Assembly (NCBI GenBank): GCA_963785235.1
Contig: CAWAUM010000003.1
Coordinates: 192,001-256,000 of the forward strand
Length of the DNA: 64,000 nt
Origin: an uncultured delta proteobacterium
GTDB lineage: Bacteria; Desulfobacterota; Desulfomonilia; UBA1062
Direction: 5' to 3'
Shown here: one piece after another, positions 20,385 through 29,742 of the stretch
How the letters are laid out: the number at the start of each line of letters is the position of its first letter
How positions within the stretch are numbered: position 1 is the stretch's first letter
The notes under the pieces: model-generated
Told to the model about the DNA's origin: nothing
The model's input: the letters and a program-made list of their open reading frames with translations, nothing else
Databases searched by the model: none
Made by a program: the position numbers and the translations under genes

Positions 20385-21897
20385 TTAGCGCTTGAGGTTG
20401 ATAAGCTCCTGGAGCATGTTATCCACCGAGGTGATAATCCTTGAGTTGGCCTGGAATCCGCGCTCCGTGGTGATCATCTTCACGAACTCAGCGGCAATGT
20501 CCACATTGGACTGTTCCAGGGAGTTGGACGATACCCTGCCAAGGCCGTTCTCTCCGGGATGGCCGGTTATGGCATCGCCCGAATCACGGGTGGCGGACCA
20601 GAGGTTGCCGCCGACCTTGGACAGTGCCTGCTGGTTGTTGAACTTGGCAAGACCCACCCGGAAGAGGTTCAGGATCTGGCCGTTGGAGTAATGGCCCACC
20701 ATGACGCCGTCGGTGCCCACGGAGATGTTCTCCAGAAAGCCCGTACCGTACCCGTCCTGGGTCTGGTAGATGGTTGTGGATGAGGATGCGTACTGGGTGG
20801 AGGTCAGCGCCTCGGGCTGCCAGGCCGATGAAGGGAGCAGGGCTGCGGGAGCGATGTCCGCAACCGTGGTTGCGCCGCCAGCCGTCCATGCACCGGTTGT
20901 ACTCCGGGATCCGAACTCGCCTGCAATCGTCTGGGTGACCCCTGCGACGAATTCTGCAGAGAATTCGGGATAGCCGGTGGATGAGAAGGTGGTCGCCCTG
21001 GTCCAGTTGGCCTCAAGCGCAGGGTCGCCTGCCCCGGCGTATATGAACCCGGTCTGTGAGGCCAATGCGCCGCTTGTGGCGTTATAGGTAAGGCTCCCCC
21101 TCATGAGAATCCCCTTGGCTTCGGAGGCGGCAAAGGCTGTCCGGAGATCGTCATCGGGATTACAGGTCACGATATACTCCCAGGAATTGTTCAGATCCAC
21201 CGAACCGTCATTATACTCACTGGTAGCATCCATCTTGTCGTAATAAACAGTGACATCATGCGATTTGCCCTGTGCGTCATATACCCTGATGGAGGTCTGA
21301 TATCCGTAGGACGCATCCCCGATGGGTCCGGCCGCATCAGTTGCATTCCATGTATCGAAGATACTTGCCACATTCGAGGTGTCCTGGCTGTTGAGGTTTG
21401 TAATGGCGGTAATGGTGTTGGTTGCTTCAGGAGGAGATGTGAAGGCGCTCAACACATACCGGCTGCAGCGTGCCCACATCGTTCCCGTCGGCGTCCAGCG
21501 CCCACCCCCGGGCCACATACCCTTCGGGGTTGATGAAGTAGCCGTCCGAGTCGAACCGGAACTGGCCGGCCCTGGTGTAGTACTGCGTCTCCTCGGTCGT
21601 GGGCGATACGATAAAGAAACCCTGCCCGCCGATGGCCAGGTCTGTGGCATTGGACGTGGATTCGAAGGAGCCCTGCTGGAACAAGGTGTCAATGGAGCTC
21701 AGTGCGGCGCCACGGCCGATCTGGGATGTGCCCGAGGCCGTTGCCACGGACTGGGCAAGGACATCCTGGAATGTAGTCCTGCTGGACTTGTAGCCGATGG
21801 TGTTCACGTTGGCGATGTTGTCGCCGATGACACTCATGGCATTGCCATTGGTGGAAAGACCACTGATCCCTGAAAACAGTGCACTGGATATACTCAT
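20385..21897 (-). CDS. flgE: Flagellar hook protein FlgE (apparent frameshift near 21460)
   Basis: N-terminal GDNIANVNTIGYK and YYTRAGQF; C-terminal LEQSNVDIAAEFVKMITTERGFQANSR. Confidence 0.93.
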
Positions 21898-21917
21898 TTG
21901 CGTCTCCTTTTTTTATC

Positions 21918-22593
21918 TTAGTTAGATATATTGTTTACATCAGCGAGCGATACTTCCTTGTCGCCGATTTCCAGGTATATGTTCCCACTGTCGTACCTCA
22001 CGCCGGTAACCAATCCCTTGGCATAGGATGTGGTGGCAATTGCCTTTCCATCATAGCCTGTTGCCTCGATGTGAATAGTGGTACTTACCGTTGCTTACGG
22101 TTTGACCATCATCTGCTTTGCCGTCCCAGGTGCATGCCATATTGCCCTTGGGGACATTTTTCGTAACAATGCTCCGTACCGGGGAACCCTCTGAGTTGTA
22201 CAGGGTTACCTTGACCTGAGCTGCCCTGTCTTCCAGGGTGATATTCAGATTTGCAGGCTGTCCGGAAAACTGGATGGTGTTCCCTACAGCTTCCACATTC
22301 TTGCCGATAAAGGCCACGGCCTGCATGTTGTTTACAGAGGTCTGAAGCGTGCTCATCTTGTCCATGCTCTTCTTCATTTCCGTCATTGTCTCCAGCTGGG
22401 AAAACTGGGCGAGCTGGGCAGTGAAATCGGTGTTCTTTACCGGATCCAAGGGGTCCTGGTACTGGAGCTGCTTCACCAGCAGGGTGAGGAACATGTTCTT
22501 CTGCTCCGAGATCTTGTCCTTCACTGCGTTCTTGGATGTAGAATCCCCTGCCGACTGAGTCGCCAAGATATTATCCAATCCGATTGTTGCCAT
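21918..22593 (-). CDS. flgD: Flagellar hook-capping protein FlgD (apparent frameshift near 22070)
   Basis: FLTLLVKQLQYQDPLDP..AQLAQFSQLE and WDGK motifs; the tail in another frame reads EIGDKEVSLADVNNISN*. Confidence 0.92.
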
Positions 22594-22614
22594 TATCCTT
22601 CTCCTTTCAAACCG

Positions 22615-24594
22615 CTAGGCAAAAATATCGAGCCCGCCATTGTCGGCATACCCGTTCAGGGAACCATAGGTATGGCCGTACTCGTCATGTTCCTTACTGG
22701 GAGATCCTGTCCCACGTTCATCACCCTGCCGGGAAGAACCGCCTTTGCCCTGCTCATAACCCATCCACGCCGCTTGGGCCTCGCGGTGGTCGCGTGAATT
22801 GAAGGTGTCGGTAGTGACCACGAACTGCGCTGCCTTGATGCCCTGTTCACCCAGGGCATCCTTCAACAGGTGCATGTTCTGCTGGAGTATGTCGCGGGTT
22901 ATGGGCTGGTCGGCCTTGAAAGAGGCCATGATCCGGCCGTCCTGCATACGGATGTCCACATCCACCCTTCCGAGCATGGGGGGGTTGAGCTTCAGGGTCA
23001 TGGAGCCATCACCGGCCTTCATGCCGGCAGGAAAAACCTGCTTGATCTGATCTATAACCCGTTGGGTATAGTTGTCCTGGGCCATTCCCGGATTATTTCC
23101 CACTGCCTTGGCAAGGCCTTGCAGGACATGCTTGTCAAAGATAGCCGGTTGGGCAATAAGTGCCGGATCCTGGTTGAAGGTCTTGAACACATTTTCTATT
23201 TTAACGAATTCATCTTTGGACAGGGCGCCTTTCAGCAGCCCGAGCGACTCTGTAACCTGTTTCGGCAGGTCCTTGCCGGCACTGGCCTTCAGAAACTCGC
23301 TGATCTGTGTAGTGGCGTCATCGAGTGCCGCATTACGCACCTGAGGGTCTGAGGAGAAGAAGATATCCTTTAGCGTTTTCTTGGGAATATTCAGGGTCTG
23401 CTCCAGCACATCTACGGCCTGAAGGATACCCGGCATGGCCGTCGTTGAAGCCTGTACCTGAGAGGATTGTTCAGACTGGGCTTTGAGCATCTGAGTGAAT
23501 AAGGGAGTTTCCTTATTGACCGGCTGGGTTTCAGCGGTTCTTAGAAATTCTGCTACTGACTCCATAATCTCTGCGGAGGCCTGGGTGATCTCTTTTATAT
23601 TTACCTGGGGAATCCCCTTGTGGGTACCGATCCGGGCTGCTATGGCGTGAGCTGTGTCCTGTCCTGCTGCGGCCTGTTCGATCATCTTGTCCATGTCAGG
23701 GGCATTGCCGCCCGGCTGTTCTCCGAGCTGTAACGATCGTATCTGGGCAAGCTTGGCCTTGAGGTCCGACACCACTTCCGGGTCTGCCATGAACTGTGGG
23801 ATGTCGGCATCCTTGATCCCCATGGCTGCAAGGATTGCCTTCAAGTCTTCATCAGATATCTCTGCACCCGCTCCTTGAAGGAACGATTTGGCATCTGAAT
23901 TATTCTTGGTGAAAACAGCATCTGCGAGCTGGGCCTTGAGGTCTGCCAGGCGCGTCTGATCTTCCATGAGCTTCTTGATGTCCGCATCCTTGGTCCCGAT
24001 AGATGCCAGGATCGCCTTCAGGTCTTCATCAGATATCTCTGCACCCTTGCCTTGCAGCAAAGCGTTGATCCCTGCATGAACCTTTGTTGAAACAGTCTGG
24101 GCAAGCTGCGACTTGAGGCCGGCTACCAGATTGGGATCTGCCATGAGCTGGGCAATGTCTGCGCCCTTGATCCCTATAGCGGCCAGGATTGACTTTAATC
24201 CTTCATCAGATACCTCGGCGCTGCCCGACAGGAGTGCCTTTACATCAGCTTTATTCAGGCCCATGGATTGAAGGGCGCAAAGGTACTGCTGAACTTGAGT
24301 TGCCTGGGGGTTTTCAAGAAGCCCCTTTCTATCATCATCCGTGGGGCATCGTTCTGCCTTGACCTTTTCTTTTATCGGCTTGTCTGCAATCGGCGTGTCT
24401 GTGATGGGCTTGCCTGCAATCAGCTTGTCTGTGATCGGCTTGTCCGCCCCTGGCGCTTCTGCAAGGGCGCAATGGAGCTGCTCGTCGAACCCTGTCTTGG
24501 GACTGTCGTGGCCCGTGGCCCTGTGCATGAGGTCCACTGCTCCTTTGGCAATTCCCATGAGTGCGGTTAAGGGTGACTGCATTATCGCCTCCAT
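22615..24594 (-). CDS. fliK: Flagellar hook-length control protein FliK with internal repeats
   Basis: C-terminal T3S4 domain MTLKLNPPMLGRVDV...LKDALGEQGI, ending GGLDIFA; located upstream of flgD. Confidence 0.9.
   Translation of the reverse strand: MEAIMQSPLTALMGIAKGAVDLMHRATGHDSPKTGFDEQLHCALAEAPGADKPITDKLIAGKPITDTPIADKPIKEKVKAERCPTDDDRKGLLENPQATQVQQYLCALQSMGLNKADVKALLSGSAEVSDEGLKSILAAIGIKGADIAQLMADPNLVAGLKSQLAQTVSTKVHAGINALLQGKGAEISDEDLKAILASIGTKDADIKKLMEDQTRLADLKAQLADAVFTKNNSDAKSFLQGAGAEISDEDLKAILAAMGIKDADIPQFMADPEVVSDLKAKLAQIRSLQLGEQPGGNAPDMDKMIEQAAAGQDTAHAIAARIGTHKGIPQVNIKEITQASAEIMESVAEFLRTAETQPVNKETPLFTQMLKAQSEQSSQVQASTTAMPGILQAVDVLEQTLNIPKKTLKDIFFSSDPQVRNAALDDATTQISEFLKASAGKDLPKQVTESLGLLKGALSKDEFVKIENVFKTFNQDPALIAQPAIFDKHVLQGLAKAVGNNPGMAQDNYTQRVIDQIKQVFPAGMKAGDGSMTLKLNPPMLGRVDVDIRMQDGRIMASFKADQPITRDILQQNMHLLKDALGEQGIKAAQFVVTTDTFNSRDHREAQAAWMGYEQGKGGSSRQGDERGTGSPSKEHDEYGHTYGSLNGYADNGGLDIFA
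23745..24260 (-). repeat. Three tandem 177-bp (59-aa) repeats inside fliK
   Basis: ATCAGATA anchors at 23851, 24028 and 24205 (177-bp period); AE(V/I)SDE(G/D)LK.ILA.(I/M)G.K.ADI...M.D occurs three times. Confidence 0.9.
24374..24448 (-). repeat. Five 15-bp (5-aa, xDKPI) tandem repeats inside fliK
   Basis: atcggcttgtctgca/atcggcgtgtctgtg/atgggcttgcctgca/atcagcttgtctgtg/atcggcttgtccgcc. Confidence 0.85.
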
Positions 24595-24617
24595 ATAAAG
24601 TCTTTGCCGAGACTATC

Positions 24618-24634
24618 AGCAACCATAGTGCCAA
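24618..24634 (-). promoter_or_regulatory. Sigma54 promoter of fliK-flgD-flgE
   Basis: Minus strand TTGGCAC-TATGG-TTGCT. Confidence 0.85.
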
Positions 24635-24795
24635 GGTGCTCCAGAGCATGGATCCGCCTCATTCATGGATATGACGCACCTATGGCGGATAGGTAAATAT
24701 TCACCGCAGGGGAGCAAATGTTGCCTGATTGCCGGAATAAAAAAGGGTATAGGGGGCAAACCTAGTGCCTGCCCCGTTGCAAATCTAAAGAAATC

Positions 24796-26159
24796 TTATT
24801 TCATCCCTGCCTTTGCAGCGATGAGCAGCGGGTCCCAGACCGGGGCAAAGGGCGGGGCATAGGCCATGTCAAGACCGTAGAGGTCATCCAATGTCATGCC
24901 TGCGCTCACTGCGGCAACGAGGGTGTTAAGCCTCATGGCCGATCCTCCCTTTCCAATGATCTGCCCACCTACTATAACATTGGAGGCCTGATCAAAATAA
25001 AGCTTCACCCACATGTCCGTTGATCCGGGGTAATAACCAGGCAGATTCCTGTCCTTGATGGCCGCAGAGCTGATGCCCGAAATATTGTACCTCTCGATAT
25101 CAAACTGACCGATCCCGGTCTTTCCCGCCTCCAGGTCAAACACCTTGGTTATGGCCGTGCCGATAATTCCGGGGAACGGCTTCAGCTCCTTTCCTGCCAA
25201 CTCGGCCACCAGGTTCTCCCCGCACATCCTGCCATGACGGTTGGCAGTGAGGCCCAGCGGGATGAATACGTCCTGTTTAAGAACCCGGTGATATGCCGTA
25301 CAGCAGTCACCGGCAGCAAAGATATCCGGGTCGCTGGTCTTCTGAAAACGGTCTCACCTTTATGGCATTGCGCTCCCCTAGTCCAAGGCCTGCTTCGGCT
25401 GCCAACTCAGAGTTGGGTGCCACCCCGATATGACAGGACCACGCAATCCGCATCCACCGAATCGCCGCCATCAAGGATCACCTTCTCAACGCTCCCGGAT
25501 CCCCTGAATCCCACGACCTTCTTCTCAGTGATGATCTTAACCCGGTTCCTTGTCATCTCATCGGACACAAGCTTTGACATGTCCTCATCCATGATTGTCA
25601 TGATTCGCGGCAGGGCCTCAATCACCGAGACTTCCATACCAAGCCTGCCGAAGGCATCCGAGATCTCGAGACCGATATATCCACCGCCGATGATTACACC
25701 ACGCGTGGGTTTATCATGTTCCATGAACCTCTTCAGATCCAGCCCGTCCTGAAATTCCTTGAGGGTGAAAATACCGGACAATTCCATGCCCGGAAGGTTC
25801 GGCCTTATGGCCCGGGCCCCGGTTGCCATAATGAGTTTTTCATATTCCTGCTTGAAGATCTTGCCTGTTGTGAGGTCGTGCACGGTTACACTCTTTCCCG
25901 AACGATCGACATGGGTCACCTCATGCCTTACCTTCAGGTCTATGCCGCGCTTGTTTATGGCCTCTTCGGGTGAGAGCGCCAGGAGCTGGTGGGAGTTATG
26001 TATCAGCCCGGATACATAATAGGGCAGGCCTCAGGCACCATACGATATATATTGCTCCTTTCCGAATACTATGACCTGCAGATCCTTGCGCTTGCGCTTG
26101 ATAACGCTCGCTGCGCTCATGCCGGCAGCCACGGCGCCGACTATGACAATGGGTTTCAT
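24796..26159 (-). CDS. CoA-disulfide reductase / NADH oxidase family flavoprotein, selenocysteine-containing (TGA at codon 43); apparent indels near 25350-25430
   Basis: MKPIVIVGAVAAGMSAA (FAD-binding), ISYGA-TGA-GLPYY (family SYGACGLPY), MATGA, GGGYIGLE, IFAAGDC and YAPPFAPVWDP motifs. Confidence 0.9.
25996..26019 (-). promoter_or_regulatory. Bacterial SECIS-like hairpin
   Basis: Minus strand, 11 nt after the in-frame TGA: TTATGTATC-CGGGCT-GATACATAA, a perfect 9-bp stem with a G-rich loop. Confidence 0.8.
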
Positions 26160-26182
26160 GGGAGTGACCCTCCTTTAAATTA

Positions 26183-26572
26183 TCAGACGATGAGCACCGG
26201 GCGGTTCGAGTTGTAGATTACATGCTGGGCCACCGAGCCCAGGAGAAATTTTTCCACCCTGGTGCGCTTCTCTGTCCCGATGATGATCTCGTCCACGTTT
26301 TTCTCTGCGGCAAAACGGATAATATCTTCGCCCGCTTCGTGGCCGCGGATGAGCAGGTGGGTCTCGCATGGGATGTTTTCTTTTTCAAAAACGGTCTTTA
26401 CGTATTCAAGTTCGCTTTCTCTCTCCTCGATCTCCTTGAGCTGCTGTTCGCCGCCCTTGGGGAGAGATGATACCACTTCGATCTTTGCATCGAAGGCCTT
26501 CCCATGGAGCTTTGCAATGGATATTGCCTCCTTTGATTCCTCTGTTCCGTCATAGTACATCAGGATCTTCAT
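26183..26572 (-). CDS. Universal stress protein (Usp)
   Basis: KILMYYDGTEES, DEIIIGT and LLGSVAQHVI..RPVLIV motifs. Confidence 0.92.
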   Translation of the reverse strand: MKILMYYDGTEESKEAISIAKLHGKAFDAKIEVVSSLPKGGEQQLKEIEERESELEYVKTVFEKENIPCETHLLIRGHEAGEDIIRFAAEKNVDEIIIGTEKRTRVEKFLLGSVAQHVIYNSNRPVLIV

Positions 26573-26705
26573 GCGCGCCTCCCTTGGTTTATTCACCTTA
26601 GCGTTACCCATATTAAGATAAGAGCGATGTGTATGCTGTCAATAGGCATACCTCTGTCTTCCTTTCTGATTCCTCTGCGATGCAGCCTATGATAGGTTAT
26701 CAAGC

Positions 26706-27383
26706 ATGCGAGGGGTAGTGAAACTCCAGGTGAGGCTTTGCACAAAAAAGATTTGCGGGCTGCGTTTCCCAATGCTCGAAGACCAGGCATCAGATCTCAG
26801 GTGCCCCAGGTGTGGATGGCCGACACTCTTGGGCAGTGAACCCTATGAAGAACACAAACCCCACCAAATGGTCTCCGGTCAAGGATTGCCAAGGATGGAG
26901 GTGCTTCTGGACAACATCAGGAGCATCTATAATGTAGGCTCAATATTCAGGACCTCGGACGGAGCAGGCATCTCCCACCTGCATTTGTGCGGCATCACAC
27001 CCACACCGGATAATCCGAAGCTCAAAAAAACCGCCCTGGGTGCGGATGAAACCATCGGCTGGTCCCACGACCTTAACGGGTGCGCTGCAGCCCAGGCGCT
27101 CAAGGCACAGGGCATGAGGCTGTGGGCCCTGGAGGGTGGAGACCGCTCCATGCCTATCCATAAGGCATGTTTCGAATATGATGACAAACCCATTGTCCTT
27201 GTTGTGGGCAATGAGGTGTGCGGGGTGGACCCTGGCATCTTGGATCAATGCGAAAAGGTCATTGCCATCCCCATGCAGGGCATAAAGACCTCTCTCAATG
27301 CGGCCGTGGCCTTTGGGATTGCGGTTTACATGCTGCGGCTGTCCTTTGGGGCAATTATAAAAGAAAACACGAACAGCATCTGA
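26706..27383 (+). CDS. TrmH/SpoU family RNA 2'-O-methyltransferase with N-terminal Cys-rich extension
   Basis: LDNIRSIYNVGSIFRT, VGNEVCG and IPMQGIKTSLN SPOUT motifs. Confidence 0.9.
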   Translation: MRGVVKLQVRLCTKKICGLRFPMLEDQASDLRCPRCGWPTLLGSEPYEEHKPHQMVSGQGLPRMEVLLDNIRSIYNVGSIFRTSDGAGISHLHLCGITPTPDNPKLKKTALGADETIGWSHDLNGCAAAQALKAQGMRLWALEGGDRSMPIHKACFEYDDKPIVLVVGNEVCGVDPGILDQCEKVIAIPMQGIKTSLNAAVAFGIAVYMLRLSFGAIIKENTNSI

Positions 27384-27397
27384 CCAGGAGGTCGTTT

Positions 27398-27578
27398 ATG
27401 GGCACAAGGCTGATAATCATTGGCGGCGTTGCAGGCGGGGGGTTATATTGCGCATCGCATCCTGGTGCAAAACGGCTTCAGGTCGAAGAACCTGAGCGGT
27501 GGATTCAAGACCTACCTTGCGGCAAAGGAGAAGATCATGGACGAGTCGGCCACGACCAGGCTGTGGCTGAGCGAGTAA
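27398..27578 (+). pseudogene. Internally deleted remnant of a CoA-disulfide reductase-rhodanese gene
   Basis: RBS AGGAGG, then MGTRLIIIGGVAGG (Cdr N-terminus) joined at a G-run to GYIAHRILVQNGFRSKNLSGGFKTY (rhodanese C-terminus) and a stop. Confidence 0.75.
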
Positions 27579-27589
27579 AATGCTTTTCT

Positions 27590-27865
27590 CTACCTGGATT
27601 TCCGCTCTAACCTGATAGTGACCAGATTGTCGTTGTCCGGGCAGGACACATCCACGGTATCTCCCTGCCACCACGGCATTGCGCCGCCGAACTGGAAGCA
27701 CTGCAGCGAAGGGAAGATGCTGTGATAGAAGTACCCGCATAATCCGGCAGGATCATGGCAGCTGATCTCGAAGGTCTCACCTGTCCGGTGTCCCGCACTG
27801 CAGTCGCCGTTGACCGATAACACCGTGGCAGTCACCTTGTATCCGATACCAGGGTCCTTTGCCAT
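27590..27865 (-). CDS. TIGR04076-like small Cys-rich protein
   Basis: VLSVNGDCSAGHRTGETF..GLC..CPD pattern; 91 aa. Confidence 0.7.
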   Translation of the reverse strand: MAKDPGIGYKVTATVLSVNGDCSAGHRTGETFEISCHDPAGLCGYFYHSIFPSLQCFQFGGAMPWWQGDTVDVSCPDNDNLVTIRLERKSR

Positions 27866-27886
27866 ATCCTTTTACTCCTTTTCTTT

Positions 27887-29407
27887 TCACGAAATAAACA
27901 GGTTGTTCGTGGCAAAGTTCGGGTCACTCGTCACATTGAGCCCGAGGCGCCTCAGGCCTGCCTCATCTCCGGGTGTGGGGATATGGGTCATGTGCACCTC
28001 ACAACCCTTCAGTTCCTTAATCTTTTCCAGGGCAAGCCGGGCAGCAGGATTGCCGATGGTGCTGATGCTCAAGGACACAAGGGCCTCTTCGAGGTCGAGG
28101 CTTACAGATTTTTCGTTGAGGATCTCTGTCTTAAAGTTCCGTATCGATTCGATGATATTTGTTGGAAGCAGCTCGAGTTTTACCGGGATCTCCGCGAGGT
28201 GTTTGATGGCCTTGAGGATCAAGCTTGATGCGGCATGCATCATGGGGGAGTTGCTGCCGGTGATGATGGTGCCGTCCTTGAGCTCAATGGCTGCCCCGCA
28301 ATAGATCCCATCGTTGCCCTTTGCCTCATCACTGTACGCCTCTGAGGCCGTATTCCTTGAAGGGACAACTACCTTGCGGTGTTCGGGGGTCAGGCCGAAG
28401 CTTTTAATGAGGAGTTCGACCCGCTGTACGGTTTCCTTGTCCGCAAATCCCATCACATACTCGCACTGGTAGCGGAAGTAACGGCGGATCACCTCCTGAC
28501 AGGAGGCCTCCTTCACTACATCATCATCCACAATGGCAAATCCGGCGCGATTCACACCCATGTCCGTGGGCGACTTGTAGAAGGACTCGCCACCCGTGAT
28601 CTTTTCCAGGATGCGCCTCAATACGGGGAAGACCTCCACATCCCGGTTGTAATTCACTGAAGTCTGTCCATAGGCTTCCAGGTGGAACGGGTCGATAAGG
28701 TTGAAATCCCTGATATCTGCAGTGGCTGCCTCATAGGCAATATTGACCGGGTGCATGAGTGGAATGTTCCAGATGGGAAAGGTCTCGAACTTTGCATAGC
28801 CTGCTTTCACACCCCTGTGATAGTCATGGTAGAGTTGCGAGAGGCTCGTGGCGAGCTTGCCGCTGCCCGGCCCGGGGCCGGTTATGATCACCAGGGGCTT
28901 TTTAGATTCTATATAGGAATTCGCTCCATAGCCCTCGTCGCTCACTATGAGGTCTATGTCGGTGGGATAACCCTTTGTAAAGCGGTGCGTGTAGACCTTG
29001 ATGCCGCGCCTTTCGAGCTTGTTCTTGAACAGGGTTGCAGCGGGCTGGCCTTCGAAGCGCGTGATCACCACACCGAGCACATCGATGCCCCAGGGCTTGA
29101 GGTCGTCGATGAGCTTCATGGCATCCGAGTCATAGGTGATGCCGAAATCGGCCCTTATCTTCTTTCGTTCTATATCGCCAGCATAAATGCACAGGATGAT
29201 GTCCGCCTTGTCCTTGAGCTCATGCAGGAGCCTCATTTTCACGTTGGGGTCATATCCCGGAAGGACCCTCGCTGCGTGGTAATCATACAGGAGCTTGCCC
29301 CCGAATTCCAGATAGAGCTTGTTGTTGAACCGTTCCACCCGCTGGAGAATCTCCTTTGCCTGTTCCTGTATATATCGTTCATTGTCGAACCCTATCTCGG
29401 ATTTCAC
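27887..29407 (-). CDS. DUF1846 / UPF0371 family protein
   Basis: KLYLEFGGKLLYDYHAARVLPG, GPGSGKLAT, YAKFETFPIWN and SPTDMGVN motifs. Confidence 0.9.
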   Translation of the reverse strand: MKSEIGFDNERYIQEQAKEILQRVERFNNKLYLEFGGKLLYDYHAARVLPGYDPNVKMRLLHELKDKADIILCIYAGDIERKKIRADFGITYDSDAMKLIDDLKPWGIDVLGVVITRFEGQPAATLFKNKLERRGIKVYTHRFTKGYPTDIDLIVSDEGYGANSYIESKKPLVIITGPGPGSGKLATSLSQLYHDYHRGVKAGYAKFETFPIWNIPLMHPVNIAYEAATADIRDFNLIDPFHLEAYGQTSVNYNRDVEVFPVLRRILEKITGGESFYKSPTDMGVNRAGFAIVDDDVVKEASCQEVIRRYFRYQCEYVMGFADKETVQRVELLIKSFGLTPEHRKVVVPSRNTASEAYSDEAKGNDGIYCGAAIELKDGTIITGSNSPMMHAASSLILKAIKHLAEIPVKLELLPTNIIESIRNFKTEILNEKSVSLDLEEALVSLSISTIGNPAARLALEKIKELKGCEVHMTHIPTPGDEAGLRRLGLNVTSDPNFATNNLFIS

Positions 29408-29742
29408 CCTTGTCTCCTCATCCTGTAATCTTCATGCGGCAAGCTCATTAAGCATATCTCAAAACAGTTCTGGTTTATTCTCTGTTAAGATTTTAATCAC
29501 GGCACTATATACCAATGGTTCTTACAGAACAATGCCGGTAGTCCTTGGGCCCCGGGTATCGATCCTTATCTTGATATAATCGCTTAGCATCAGAGACTGG
29601 CTTCAAGAGGAACTGTGAAAGAATAAGCGATCTTGTTTCATAATTTTCGGTGGGACAATACTAAGGATGGTGAACTGGCAGACAGACAGGGAGCCAGCGT
29701 GCAATCATTTATGAGCGCAGCACCGAGACCCATGTATAGATT

